Shown here: positions 9,366-17,322 of the stretch, in pieces | How positions within the stretch are numbered: position 1 is the stretch's first letter | Layout of the letters: the number at the start of each line of letters is the position of its first letter | Origin: a virus | Lineage: Duplodnaviria; Heunggongvirae; Uroviricota; Caudoviricetes | Length of the DNA: 45,038 bases | IMG/VR virus record: IMGVR_UViG_651053023_000003 | Span: 1 to 45,038 of that record | Strand: one strand, 5' to 3' | Notes under the pieces: generated by a model | The model's input: the letters and a program-made list of their open reading frames with translations, nothing else | Databases searched by the model: none | Told to the model about the DNA's origin: nothing | Position numbers and translations under genes: made by a program

Positions 9366-9638
9366 TCACCTCGCCGTCAGTTGTTTTGATTTCCGGTAGC
9401 CTGCCGCGTAAATAGCTACGTTCGGAAGACAAGTTGAACCTTCATATTTTCTGGTCAACGTTGTCAGTGTTATTACTTCTGCTCTCATTGCTGGTTTGCG
9501 CTTGCATTGCAAGACCACTCGTGAGGGGGTTGGCCTGTGTAGCTTGTCGGAGCTAATCGACTCCTGACTTTGCAGATTTGCGCGACGAGCTCTACGGCGA
9601 GAAGCTGCGGTGCCTTTAAATTCTGTTTTTCTGGACAT
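9366..9638 (-). CDS. N: N-type transcription antiterminator
   Basis: 90-aa ORF from the ATG at 9638 (GGGAGG Shine-Dalgarno upstream); arginine-rich motif GTAASRRRARRANLQ near the N-terminus; downstream of pL and nutL; convergent with sieB. Confidence 0.7.
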   Translation of the reverse strand: MSRKTEFKGTAASRRRARRANLQSQESISSDKLHRPTPSRVVLQCKRKPAMRAEVITLTTLTRKYEGSTCLPNVAIYAAGYRKSKQLTAR

Positions 9639-9663
9639 AGATTCCTCCCGAATAAACTCTGGC

Positions 9664-9711
9664 GATGCAATCCCGAAGCTACTCCTGAGAGGGTTGCTTC
9701 GGCATTGCATC
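9664..9711 (-). promoter_or_regulatory. Long imperfect hairpin in the N leader (RNase III-type site candidate)
   Basis: 16-nt arms GATGCAATCCCGAAGC / GCTTCGGCATTGCATC (one mismatch) around a ~16-nt loop, 26 nt upstream of the N start. Confidence 0.5.
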
Positions 9712-9736
9712 CCACAGCTTATGTGGTTGGGTGATC

Positions 9737-9783
9737 TGGCTTTTCAGCCACGTAGTCGAGTGTTCGACGTTGTTTAAAGAGCC
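9737..9783 (-). promoter_or_regulatory. nutL: nutL (boxA GGCTCTTTAA, boxB stem-loop TGGCTGAAAAGCCA)
   Basis: Read on the minus strand: boxA-like GCTCTTTAA followed by a small hairpin with GAAAA-containing loop, between pL and N. Confidence 0.65.
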
Positions 9784-9830
9784 TGCCAGTCTGTTCCGTT
9801 TGGCTTACAGCGTCCTGCTGATGAGTTAAC

Positions 9831-9948
9831 TTTATCGAAATGATAAATTAATGGCAATAGCAAAATGATAAATTGTTTTAGTTTTCAAATATCCTGTTGA
9901 TTATTATGGTTTTTTATTTGATTGCAGGAATTTATCAGAAGGAATAAA
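9831..9948. promoter_or_regulatory. OL operator/pL region
   Basis: 17-bp palindromic site TTTATCGAAATGATAAA (9831-9847) and related TTTATCAGAAGGAATAA (9932-9948); same half-site as in the cI-cro intergenic region; exact pL -35/-10 not resolved. Confidence 0.5.
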
Positions 9949-10049
9949 GAGACTTGAGGGGGATCAGAATTGCGCGTTTTAGTGAGTTGTATCTGTTTAT
10001 TTTTCAACAAATACAATCGATTATGTGTTTTTAGGTGGGCGAACGTTGG

Positions 10050-10078
10050 GCAAAGAAAACCCGGCACTGAGGCCGGGT
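10050..10078 (-). terminator. Rho-independent terminator ending the cI-distal cassette
   Basis: On minus strand: perfect 6-7 bp GC stem CCCGGC-loop-GCCGGG followed by TTTCTTTG, immediately after the stop of the 227-aa gene. Confidence 0.7.
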
Positions 10079-10083
10079 GTGTA

Positions 10084-10767
10084 TTAGGGGGTTGAGACTC
10101 CAGAGAGCAATCCGTAGATTTTATCTACAGCAAATGCTAATGCTGGCAAGCCAAGGGCCCATTTGATTATATCAAGCTTAACATCACTAAGCTTACCTTC
10201 TAACTTTGCCTCTTGAACAGAAAGAGCTGCATCGATCTTTTTTGATTGGGAGTCAAGGGCACTCTCAATTCTACTCGATTGTATGTCCAGACGACTGTTG
10301 ATTTGTTCGTGCTGAGTAACAACTAAATGCTTCATCTCCTTTATATCTGAAGCCATTAGTTCACGCCATTTGGCCATATCAGCCTGCATTTTTGAGGCCA
10401 CTGCATCCACTTCAGCTTTATTTGCCTTCAGAAGTGCCTGTATTTCGTTTCTGCTCAAATCGGACATTGCGGTTCCCTGTATAGGAGTTTCCTCGTACGG
10501 TGGGATAACATTAGATTGTCCTTTACAATCGGCAACCCCTCCTTTATCTACGATTGTAGCAGTTAGCTGGGAATTGGTCGCATCATCCACCATGTTTTTT
10601 GGTGAATAAGAGGAAATAGGCGTAGAAAACAGATTACCTTTTGCTGTTTCCATGAACATCATGAAATCGCGAGTATTAACGTTATTCAGGGAAACTTGCA
10701 GTGGTTTAACAATACTTGATGTTTTGTAAGTAATAGTTAAATCACCTACTTCTTCCGGTTGTTGCAT
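10084..10767 (-). CDS. Hypothetical protein with long coiled-coil region and C-terminal hydrophobic segment (possible membrane anchor); rexB-position gene
   Basis: 227-aa ORF; start ATG overlaps upstream gene stop (TAATG); heptad-like region KANKAEVDAVASKMQADMAKW...; C-terminus IIKWALGLPALAFAVDKIYGLLSGV; AT-rich. Confidence 0.6.
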   Translation of the reverse strand: MQQPEEVGDLTITYKTSSIVKPLQVSLNNVNTRDFMMFMETAKGNLFSTPISSYSPKNMVDDATNSQLTATIVDKGGVADCKGQSNVIPPYEETPIQGTAMSDLSRNEIQALLKANKAEVDAVASKMQADMAKWRELMASDIKEMKHLVVTQHEQINSRLDIQSSRIESALDSQSKKIDAALSVQEAKLEGKLSDVKLDIIKWALGLPALAFAVDKIYGLLSGVSTP

Positions 10768-11099
10768 TACGACTTCGCTCCATTAGAGTTTTGTGCCTCT
10801 AATTGTTCGAAAAGAAGAACTATATTCTCCTGAAGAGCCTTTAGTTGTGCCATTGGCATTATCACAGTGCATTGCTGATTGAGTTCATTTACAGAGCCTA
10901 TCTGCATATTCGCTCTACCTGGTTGATCTGGTATATCATTTTGGGATAGTACCGCAGGTATTGACTTGTTTGCGATAAAATGTATACAAATGAGATTTTT
11001 TTCCGCTCCCGGTAGTGGAGCAAAACTAGCGAAGTCCGCATAGGTTTCAATATAATCCACAGATGGTTTAATTTTGACCGGTTCCATAACGCCTCTCAT
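10767..11099 (-). CDS. Hypothetical small soluble protein; rexA-position gene
   Basis: ORF directly downstream of cI; possible starts at ATG 11099 or ATG 11087 (the latter preceded by AGAGG); translationally coupled to the next gene. Confidence 0.55.
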   Translation of the reverse strand: MRGVMEPVKIKPSVDYIETYADFASFAPLPGAEKNLICIHFIANKSIPAVLSQNDIPDQPGRANMQIGSVNELNQQCTVIMPMAQLKALQENIVLLFEQLEAQNSNGAKS

Positions 11100-11104
11100 C
11101 AAAT

Positions 11105-11133
11105 ATTGTAGGTTTTTTAATTCAATGTGTTAA
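11105..11133 (-). promoter_or_regulatory. Candidate sigma70 promoter for the two-gene cassette (TTAACA-N17-TACAAT)
   Basis: On minus strand: -35 TTAACA (plus 11128-11133), 17-bp spacer, -10 TACAAT (plus 11105-11110), ending 5 nt before the first ATG. Confidence 0.5.
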
Positions 11134-11210
11134 ATGTTGGTGGTGTGTTATTTAAAGTTATTTTGACATCCTCCACGCCCTGAAGGACGGGGCTTGTCAC
11201 GTACTTGAAG

Positions 11211-11915
11211 TCACAAACTTTTCAGCCACTCCCTTGCCTCGATGTCATCCAGATGACGAGATTGCTTCAGAATACCAGCCACATACTCCACCTTTGCTAC
11301 TTGATGATAAGGTAACGTTATTGGCCTGTGGTCCTGGTTGATGCTTGTAAATTGGTATTCTCCATCTCTGTCATAGCCAAGAATCTTGATCATGTTGTGT
11401 CCTTCAACGGTTCTGACAAACACCTCATCCCCCGGGAATACTTTGGTGTTAGGCTCAATGAGTACATATTCTCCTGATTTTATTCTGGGCCACATGCTGT
11501 CTCCTTTCACACGAAGACCAAAGGCATCTGGATCATCACTATAAATCTTGAGCCACCCATCGCGCTCTTCGGTCATCTCGATGGCACCATCAACACCAAG
11601 AATTGCCTCACCAACCACGCGCACTAACCCTTTTCTTACCTGACCGACAAAAGTTAAAGAATCTGAGCATGATGCAATTGGTGTTACATCATGTACCAAA
11701 TCAAGCCACCCATTAGGTAACCCAAGTGCGGCTTCGAATTTTCTTGCTAGTTTATCCCCTATGTTTCGAGTGCTTTTTTCACCGGAGACTTGCGTGAGTT
11801 GAGAAGGGCTAACTCCAAGCTTATCGGCAAAGCTTGCATTAGTGTTACCCGCGATTTTTTTATGCTCATCTAGCAAAAACGCCAGATTCGATTTGCGAAT
11901 ATCTTTGTTTTCCAT
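11211..11915 (-). CDS. cI: CI-type repressor (N-terminal HTH, C-terminal S24 LexA-like peptidase domain)
   Basis: 234-aa ORF; HTH region GNTNASFADKLGVSPSQLTQVSGEK; C-terminal S24 signature around GDSMWP...KILG; divergent from cro across an operator region. Confidence 0.85.
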   Translation of the reverse strand: MENKDIRKSNLAFLLDEHKKIAGNTNASFADKLGVSPSQLTQVSGEKSTRNIGDKLARKFEAALGLPNGWLDLVHDVTPIASCSDSLTFVGQVRKGLVRVVGEAILGVDGAIEMTEERDGWLKIYSDDPDAFGLRVKGDSMWPRIKSGEYVLIEPNTKVFPGDEVFVRTVEGHNMIKILGYDRDGEYQFTSINQDHRPITLPYHQVAKVEYVAGILKQSRHLDDIEAREWLKSL

Positions 11916-11933
11916 CCCACGATTCTCCCTCTA

Positions 11934-11999
11934 TTTAGTAAATGGATAAATACGCATTTTGATAAATCTCCATTGCAGTTTATTTATCAAGATGGTAAA
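11934..11999. promoter_or_regulatory. OR operator region with pRM/pR
   Basis: 17-bp sites TTTAGTAAATGGATAAA (11934-11950) and TTTATCAAGATGGTAAA (11983-11999) with half-site TTTATC/GATAAA, plus inverted repeat TTGATAAAT...ATTTATCAA between them. Confidence 0.55.
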
Positions 12000-12028
12000 G
12001 TTGCTCTGTGTGATAAACGGAGGCACTA

Positions 12029-12262
12029 ATGAGTAATGAACTACTACGCTGGCGAAAAGAGGCTTCTAGTGAGGAATGGAAGCGACTCGCCGCATTAGCG
12101 AATACTTCAGTTGGCTATCTTGATCAGATTGCATATGGGTTTCGAAGAGCTTCCCCAGATAAAGCGAATGCAATCGAAGAAGCCACTCGTAATTTCACGG
12201 GTTATAAACCTGTGAAAAAGGAAAATCTGGTGTTCGTATCGCGTAGAGCATCAGCAGCATAA
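12029..12262 (+). CDS. cro: Cro-like HTH regulator
   Basis: 77-aa ORF divergent from cI, GGAGG Shine-Dalgarno; HTH-like segment TSVGYLDQIAYG; not lambda Cro sequence, call by position. Confidence 0.65.
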   Translation: MSNELLRWRKEASSEEWKRLAALANTSVGYLDQIAYGFRRASPDKANAIEEATRNFTGYKPVKKENLVFVSRRASAA

Positions 12263-12269
12263 GTAACCT

Positions 12270-12315
12270 CGCTCTTTGTAACAACGGACATTCGTCCTAC
12301 GTCGCTGAAAAGCGA
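12270..12315 (+). promoter_or_regulatory. nutR: nutR (boxA CGCTCTTTG, boxB stem-loop TCGCTGAAAAGCGA)
   Basis: boxA consensus-like at 12270-12278 and hairpin at 12302-12315 with the same UGAAAA loop as the nutL boxB. Confidence 0.65.
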
Positions 12316-12400
12316 ATCCCAGAATATCTGACCAACCAAGGCCATATGCGTTTCCACGCATACCTTTCAACTAGCTATTCACTATTGGAAATCATAAGAA

Positions 12401-12700
12401 ATGGAACAAACAAGTTACAGCAAACTATCACAGCGCGACGTTGATCGCGCAGAAACAGATTTACTCATCAACCTGTCAACGCTTACCCAGCGCGGTCTGG
12501 CAAAGATGATTGGCTGTCATGAATCGAAGATAAGCAGAACGGACTGGAGATTTATTGCTTCGGTCCTGTGTGCTTTTGGAATGGCATCAGACATCAGTCC
12601 GATTAGCAGGGCTTTTAAGTATGCGCTTGATGGACTCACCAATAAAAAACGCCCGGTGTGCAAGATCGAGCGTTCTGATCAAATACAAATGGAATTTTAA
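12401..12700 (+). CDS. cII: CII transcriptional activator
   Basis: 99 aa; C-terminus ...LTNKKRPVCKIERSDQIQMEF resembles lambda CII ...ILTNKKRPAATERSEQIQMEF; HTH GLAKMIGCHESKISR. Confidence 0.85.
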   Translation: MEQTSYSKLSQRDVDRAETDLLINLSTLTQRGLAKMIGCHESKISRTDWRFIASVLCAFGMASDISPISRAFKYALDGLTNKKRPVCKIERSDQIQMEF

Positions 12701-12722
12701 CAACATCCAACGAGGTAATTAT

Positions 12723-12995
12723 ATGCGAAACAAAGGCTTTAATCCACCTGATACACACAAAGAAGCTAAGCGTTTGCGCTTCCTTCGTTCCATTGATGAA
12801 AGAACTCAAATCTCTTTTGTGAAAGTTGCCAGAACTGAGCTTCTGAAGGCTGAGGCGAGGGCGTTGCTCCCGTCTCTACCAAAAGAGGAGGGATATACGT
12901 TCATTCCAAACGCATTTCTGGAAAAGCTGCTCAAAGAAGACATATCCGTAAGTCAGTTTAACGATGTTCTTAAGGTCTTTCGTCAAGGCAGGTAG
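12723..12995 (+). CDS. Hypothetical protein between cII and the replication genes
   Basis: 90-aa ORF from the internal ATG of the longer track ORF; co-oriented in the pR operon. Confidence 0.4.
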   Translation: MRNKGFNPPDTHKEAKRLRFLRSIDERTQISFVKVARTELLKAEARALLPSLPKEEGYTFIPNAFLEKLLKEDISVSQFNDVLKVFRQGR

Positions 12996-12997
12996 TT

Positions 12998-13945
12998 ATG
13001 AGCAATACAGCAAAAATCTACGATTTCAGCGCCGCACACGAGCGCAGGAGCAACAGGATGGAGAACCAGAAAACTGGTTACATTCCGTTGTACCGGAGCA
13101 TTCTGAAACAGTCATGGGCGAAAGATGTTTATCTTCGCACCCTGTGGGAAAACCTTCTCCTGAATGCCGCCAGAAAGCCACACAAAGCGAATTTCAAAGG
13201 TCATGAATGGCATCTGCAACCCGGTCAACTGGTTGTGACAGCAGCTGATTTAGGTCTTCAGTTATGCGACAGGCATGGCAAGCCGGCAAGCCGTGATCAG
13301 GTTGAGCGGATGCTTCAGGTTTTTGTGAAAGAGGGGATGATCACCATTGATGGAGAGAAGCAAAAAGGTCGTGTGATCACCATCACGAATTACCATGAAT
13401 ATGCTCAAAAAATGGACAATTCACCCGCACATGAAGCCGCACAAACAACCGCACATGACGCCGCACATGACGAAGCCAGTAATGGCGCGGCTTTCAGCGT
13501 ACATGCCGCACATGAAAGCGCACATGAAGCCGCACAAACAACCGCACATCATGAACAAGAAGGTATTAACAAGAATATAAATAATACCCCCCTACCCCCC
13601 AATGGGGGAGGCGATGGGCAGGTTAAACCTGAACGTCGCAAGGCAGAACGAATCGACTATGAATCCTTCCTGAATGCCTACAACACCGAAGTCGGTGACA
13701 GACTGCCACACGCTGTTGCGGTCAACGAGAAACGCAAACGTCGCCTGAAGAAAATCATTCCGCAACTGAAAACGCCAAACGTGGACGGTTTCAGAGCGTA
13801 TGTCAGGGCGTTTGTGCATCAGGCCAAGCCGTTTTACTTCGGAGACAACGACACGGGCTGGACGGCAGATTTTGATTACCTGCTGAGGGAAGATTCGTTA
13901 ACGGGAGTACGGGAAGGGAAGTTTGCAGACAGGGGGATTGCATGA
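12998..13945 (+). CDS. Replication initiator (lambda O / P22 gp18-like) with internal origin
   Basis: 315 aa; repeat-encoded middle segment [17 protein letters not shown]...[14 protein letters not shown]; stop overlaps helicase start (ATGA). Confidence 0.75.
   Translation: MSNTAKIYDFSAAHERRSNRMENQKTGYIPLYRSILKQSWAKDVYLRTLWENLLLNAARKPHKANFKGHEWHLQPGQLVVTAADLGLQLCDRHGKPASRDQVERMLQVFVKEGMITIDGEKQKGRVITITNYHEYAQKMDNSPAHEAAQTTAHDAAHDEASNGAAFSVHAAHESAHEAAQTTAHHEQEGINKNINNTPLPPNGGGDGQVKPERRKAERIDYESFLNAYNTEVGDRLPHAVAVNEKRKRRLKKIIPQLKTPNVDGFRAYVRAFVHQAKPFYFGDNDTGWTADFDYLLREDSLTGVREGKFADRGIA
13422..13555. repeat. Origin iterons (about six copies of CCGCACATGA-core repeats) inside the initiator gene
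   Basis: Direct repeats of GCCGCACATGA(A/C)G at about 13425, 13449, 13461, 13506, 13519 and 13543, followed by an AT-rich stretch and C/G tracts (13560-13620). Confidence 0.7.
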
Positions 13946-15275
13946 GACAGGATATCGAAGCGAGCGTTATCGGTGGCCTGCTGATTGGTGGATTAACTCC
14001 AACCGCCAGTGACGTTCTGGCAACGCTTGAGCCGGAAGCGTTTTCAATTCCGCTCTACAGGAAAGCCTTCGAGGTTATCCGCAAGCAGGCGAGAAACAGA
14101 AACCTAATCGATGCGCTGATGGTTGCCGAGGCGTGCGGAGAGGAGCATTTCACGTCAATCCTGATGACCAGCAAAAACTGCCCGAGTGCCGCAAACCTGA
14201 AGGGATATGCCGGAATGGTCGCGGATAACTATCACCGCCGTCTGGTGCTGGAAATCATGGATGAAATGCGTGAACCAATTCAGAGCGGAACCATCGACGC
14301 ATCGAGTCAGGCGATGGATGAGCTTGTAAAGCGTCTCTCAGCCATCAGAAAGCCCCGTGACGAGGTTAAACCTGTACGGTTAGGGGAAATCATCACCGAC
14401 TACACTGACACGCTTGACAGGCGTCTGAGGAACGGAGAAGGGTCAGATACCCTGAAGACCGGAATCGAAGAACTTGACGCCATCACCGGAGGGATGAACG
14501 CAGAAGACCTGGTGATTATCGCTGCTCGTCCTGGTATGGGGAAAACCGAGCTGGCGCTGAAGATTGCCGAAGGCGTTGCAAGCCGCGTTATTCCAGGTTC
14601 TGACGTTCGGCGCGGAGTATTGATTTTCTCAATGGAAATGAGCGCATTGCAGATTGCAGAGCGAAGCATTGCCAACGCCGGGAGGATGTCGGTTAGCGTA
14701 CTGCGAAATCCTGCATCGATGGATGACGAAGGCTGGGCGCGTGTTGCTAACGGCATGAGTCAGCTTGCAGATTTGGATGTATGGGTAGTCGATGCCTCGC
14801 GGTTATCGGTCGAAGAAATACGCTCAATCGCAGAACGGCACAAACAGGAAAATCCAAACCTCTCACTCATCATGGCGGATTATCTTGGCCTGATTGAGAA
14901 GCCGAAAGCAGACCGCAACGACCTCGCAATTGCTCACATCTCCGGAAGCCTGAAGGCGATGGCGAAAGACCTGAAAACGCCTGTTATCTCCCTGAGTCAG
15001 CTTTCTCGCGATGTTGAGAAGCGACCAAACAAACGCCCGACAAACGCAGATTTGCGTGATTCAGGAAGCATTGAGCAGGACGCAGACTCAATCATCATGC
15101 TCTATCGGGAAGCGGTGTATGACGAGAACAGTAGCGCCGCGCCATTTGCTGAAATCATCGTGACGAAAAACCGTTTTGGCTCACTTGGTACGGTTTACCA
15201 GCGGTTCTGTAACGGACACTTTGAACCGCCCCGGAAATCCTGGAGACTAAACTCCCTGAGAAAGAGGTAAACAGG

Positions 15276-15602
15276 ATGACTAAAAATACTCGTTTTTCCC
15301 CCGAAGTCCGTCAGCGGGCGATTCGTATGGTTCTGGAAAGTCAGGATGAATATGACTCACAGTGGGCGGCAATTTGTTCCATTGCCCCAAAGATTGGCTG
15401 TACGCCGGAGACTCTGCGTGTCTGGGTTCGCCAGCATGAGCGGGATACCGGGGGCGGTGATGGTGGGCTCACCAGCGCTGAACGTCAGCGTCTGAAAGAG
15501 CTGGAACGTGAAAATCGTGAACTGCGCCGCAGTAACGATATCCTTCGCCAGGCTTCCGCTTATTTTGCGAAGGCGGAGTTCGACCGCCTCTGGAAAAAAT
15601 GA
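15276..15602 (+). CDS. IS3-family transposase OrfA
   Basis: 108-aa [38 protein letters not shown]... with HTH and leucine-zipper-like region. Confidence 0.85.
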   Translation: MTKNTRFSPEVRQRAIRMVLESQDEYDSQWAAICSIAPKIGCTPETLRVWVRQHERDTGGGDGGLTSAERQRLKELERENRELRRSNDILRQASAYFAKAEFDRLWKK

Positions 15603-16489
15603 TGCCACTGCTGGATAAGCTGCGTGAGCAGTACGGGGTCGGACCGGTATGCAGCGAACTGCATATTGCCCCGTCAACGTATTACCATTGTCAGCAACAG
15701 CGACATCATCCGGATAAACGCAGTGCCCGTGCGCAGCACGACGACTGGCTGAAGAGAGAGATACAGCGCGTATACGATGAAAATCATCAGGTGTACGGTG
15801 TGCGTAAAGTCTGGCGTCAGTTGTTACGGGAAGGAATCAGGGTGGCCAGATGTACAGTGGCACGTCTCATGGCGGTTATGGGACTTGCCGGTGTTCTCCG
15901 GGGTAAAAAGGTCCGTACGACCATCAGCCGGAAAGCCGTTGCCGCAGGCGACCGCGTAAACCGTCAGTTCGTGGCAGAACGACCTGACCAGCTGTGGGTG
16001 GCTGATTTTACTTACGTCAGCACATGGCAGGGCTTCGTCTATGTGGCGTTTATCATTGATGTGTTTGCCGGATACATCGTGGGGTGGCGGGTCTCATCGT
16101 CTATGGAAACGACATTCGTGCTGGATGCGCTGGAGCAGGCGTTGTGGGCCCGTCGTCCGTCTGGCACCATCCATCACAGCGATAAAGGCTCTCAGTATGT
16201 GTCACTGGCCTATACGGAGCGACTAAAAGAAGCCGGATTACTGGCATCAACAGGGAGTACAGGCGACTCGTATGACAACGCGATGGCTGAGAGCATCAAT
16301 GGTCTTTACAAAGCGGAGGTAATACACCGTAAGAGCTGGAAAAACCGTGCAGAAGTGGAACTGGCCACACTAACGTGGGTGGACTGGTATAACAATCGAC
16401 GATTGCTGGGAAGGCTGGGCCATACTCCTCCGGCAGAAGCAGAAAAAGCTTATTATGCTTCCATCGGAAACAATGATCTGGCAGCCTGA
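15599..16489 (+). CDS. IS3-family transposase OrfB (DDE catalytic domain; expressed as OrfAB by -1 frameshift)
   Basis: 296-aa ORF with integrase-core motifs; overlaps the orfA end at the A-rich run around 15590-15603. Confidence 0.85.
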   Translation: MMPLLDKLREQYGVGPVCSELHIAPSTYYHCQQQRHHPDKRSARAQHDDWLKREIQRVYDENHQVYGVRKVWRQLLREGIRVARCTVARLMAVMGLAGVLRGKKVRTTISRKAVAAGDRVNRQFVAERPDQLWVADFTYVSTWQGFVYVAFIIDVFAGYIVGWRVSSSMETTFVLDALEQALWARRPSGTIHHSDKGSQYVSLAYTERLKEAGLLASTGSTGDSYDNAMAESINGLYKAEVIHRKSWKNRAEVELATLTWVDWYNNRRLLGRLGHTPPAEAEKAYYASIGNNDLAA

Positions 16490-16657
16490 GTTCACAGATA
16501 AAACACTCTCCAGGAAACCCGGGGCGGTTCACTTTGTTGCATGTGACCAGGATGAAGCCAGACAGATTTGCACAGCATCAAATGCGCCTGCTGCGCGTGG
16601 CAGACGATATGCACAAGGGGCGGACGTATGACCATCTACATCACTGAGCTAATAACA

Positions 16658-16688
16658 GGGGCTATTTACACAGTAGCCCTTTTTTATT
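16658..16688 (+). terminator. Rho-independent terminator downstream of the helicase gene
   Basis: Stem GGGCTA/TAGCCC with 9-nt loop followed by TTTTTTATT. Confidence 0.6.
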
Positions 16689-16712
16689 GGATTAAGAACG
16701 AGGGGGATCCTG

Positions 16713-16925
16713 ATGGACACCGTTAACGGAATGTGTTCAGACGCACCGCGTGCCAAAAAATGTAAGTGCGGAAAATCACCGACAATATTCGACATGGAGA
16801 ACGGGTGCCAAATCTACTGCGCTAACCACGCTGCTGTGGCGGCCGCGAATTATCGCAGTGCGGTAACGGAGTGGAATAACCTGAAATCTGTTAGAGAGGG
16901 AAGTCATGAAAAAACTAACCTTTGA
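16713..16925 (+). CDS. Lar-family restriction-alleviation protein (zinc ribbon)
   Basis: 70 aa; CKCG...(12 aa)...CQIYCANH zinc-ribbon spacing and C-terminal ...AVTEWNN resemble the Lar family from memory. Confidence 0.5.
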   Translation: MDTVNGMCSDAPRAKKCKCGKSPTIFDMENGCQIYCANHAAVAAANYRSAVTEWNNLKSVREGSHEKTNL

Positions 16926-17322
16926 AATTCGATCCCCAGCACATCAGCAAAACGCTATTCACGCGGTACAGAAAATTCTTCCAGACCCAACCAAACCAAT
17001 CGTAGTAACCATTCAGGAACGCAACCGCAGCATTCGGCAAAATGCACGCCTTCACGCGATGCTATCTGAAATAAGTAAGAAGGCTACATATCATGGGAAA
17101 GCAAGAAATATTGAGTTTTGGAAGGGGTTATTCGTTTCTGGTTGGCAGATTGCAACCAACCAGCACCCTGAGATTATATCAGGGTTAGAAGGTGAGCTAA
17201 TAAACATCAGAGAGAGTACGGCGACTCTATCTGTAAAAAAAATATCCGAAATAATGGACTACATAGAAGCATATTGTGCCATGAACTCAATTCATCTTAG
17301 CGAATGGAGGAATTATGATTGA
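16906..17322 (+). CDS. ninB: NinB (Orf-family recombination mediator), C-terminus altered by the downstream insertion
   Basis: 138 aa; N-terminus MKKLTFEIRSPAHQQNAIHAVQKILPDPTKPIVVTIQERNRS matches lambda NinB from memory. Confidence 0.8.
   Translation: MKKLTFEIRSPAHQQNAIHAVQKILPDPTKPIVVTIQERNRSIRQNARLHAMLSEISKKATYHGKARNIEFWKGLFVSGWQIATNQHPEIISGLEGELINIRESTATLSVKKISEIMDYIEAYCAMNSIHLSEWRNYD

Larger units (their letters stand above)
15222..16531 (+). mobile_element. IS3-family insertion sequence of the IS629/IS1203/IS3411 type (1310 bp), flanked by 3-bp duplication CTT
   Basis: Terminal inverted repeats TGAACCGCCCCGG at 15222 and (reverse complement) at 16531; CTT at 15219-15221 and 16532-16534; orfA/orfB with overlap typical of -1 frameshifting. 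Confidence 0.85.
13942..16631 (+). pseudogene. DnaB-family replicative helicase gene (P22 gp12-like) interrupted by an IS629-like element (5' part 13942-15221, 3' part 16535-16631)
   Basis: DnaB N-terminal domain and Walker [11 protein letters not shown] present; reading frame runs into the IS left end at 15222; removing the IS and one TSD copy restores ...[35 protein letters not shown] and a stop at 16629-16631. Confidence 0.8.

Noticed and set aside
9885-10067. 60-aa minus-strand ORF in the pL/OL region
   Set aside because: It falls in the AT-rich operator/promoter region and overlaps the terminator hairpin; no ribosome-binding site; considered spurious.
11161-11210. Possible terminator between cI and the downstream cassette (hairpin GCCC...GGGC)
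   Set aside because: Only a 4-bp stem with no following U tract on the transcribed strand; read-through from cI into the cassette is therefore likely.
13395-13580. 61-aa +1-frame ORF ([25 protein letters not shown]...) and the possibility that the repeats are a CRISPR-like array
   Set aside because: The repeats are short iterons inside the initiator coding frame with no unique spacers; the His/Pro-rich ORF is a frame artefact of the iterons.
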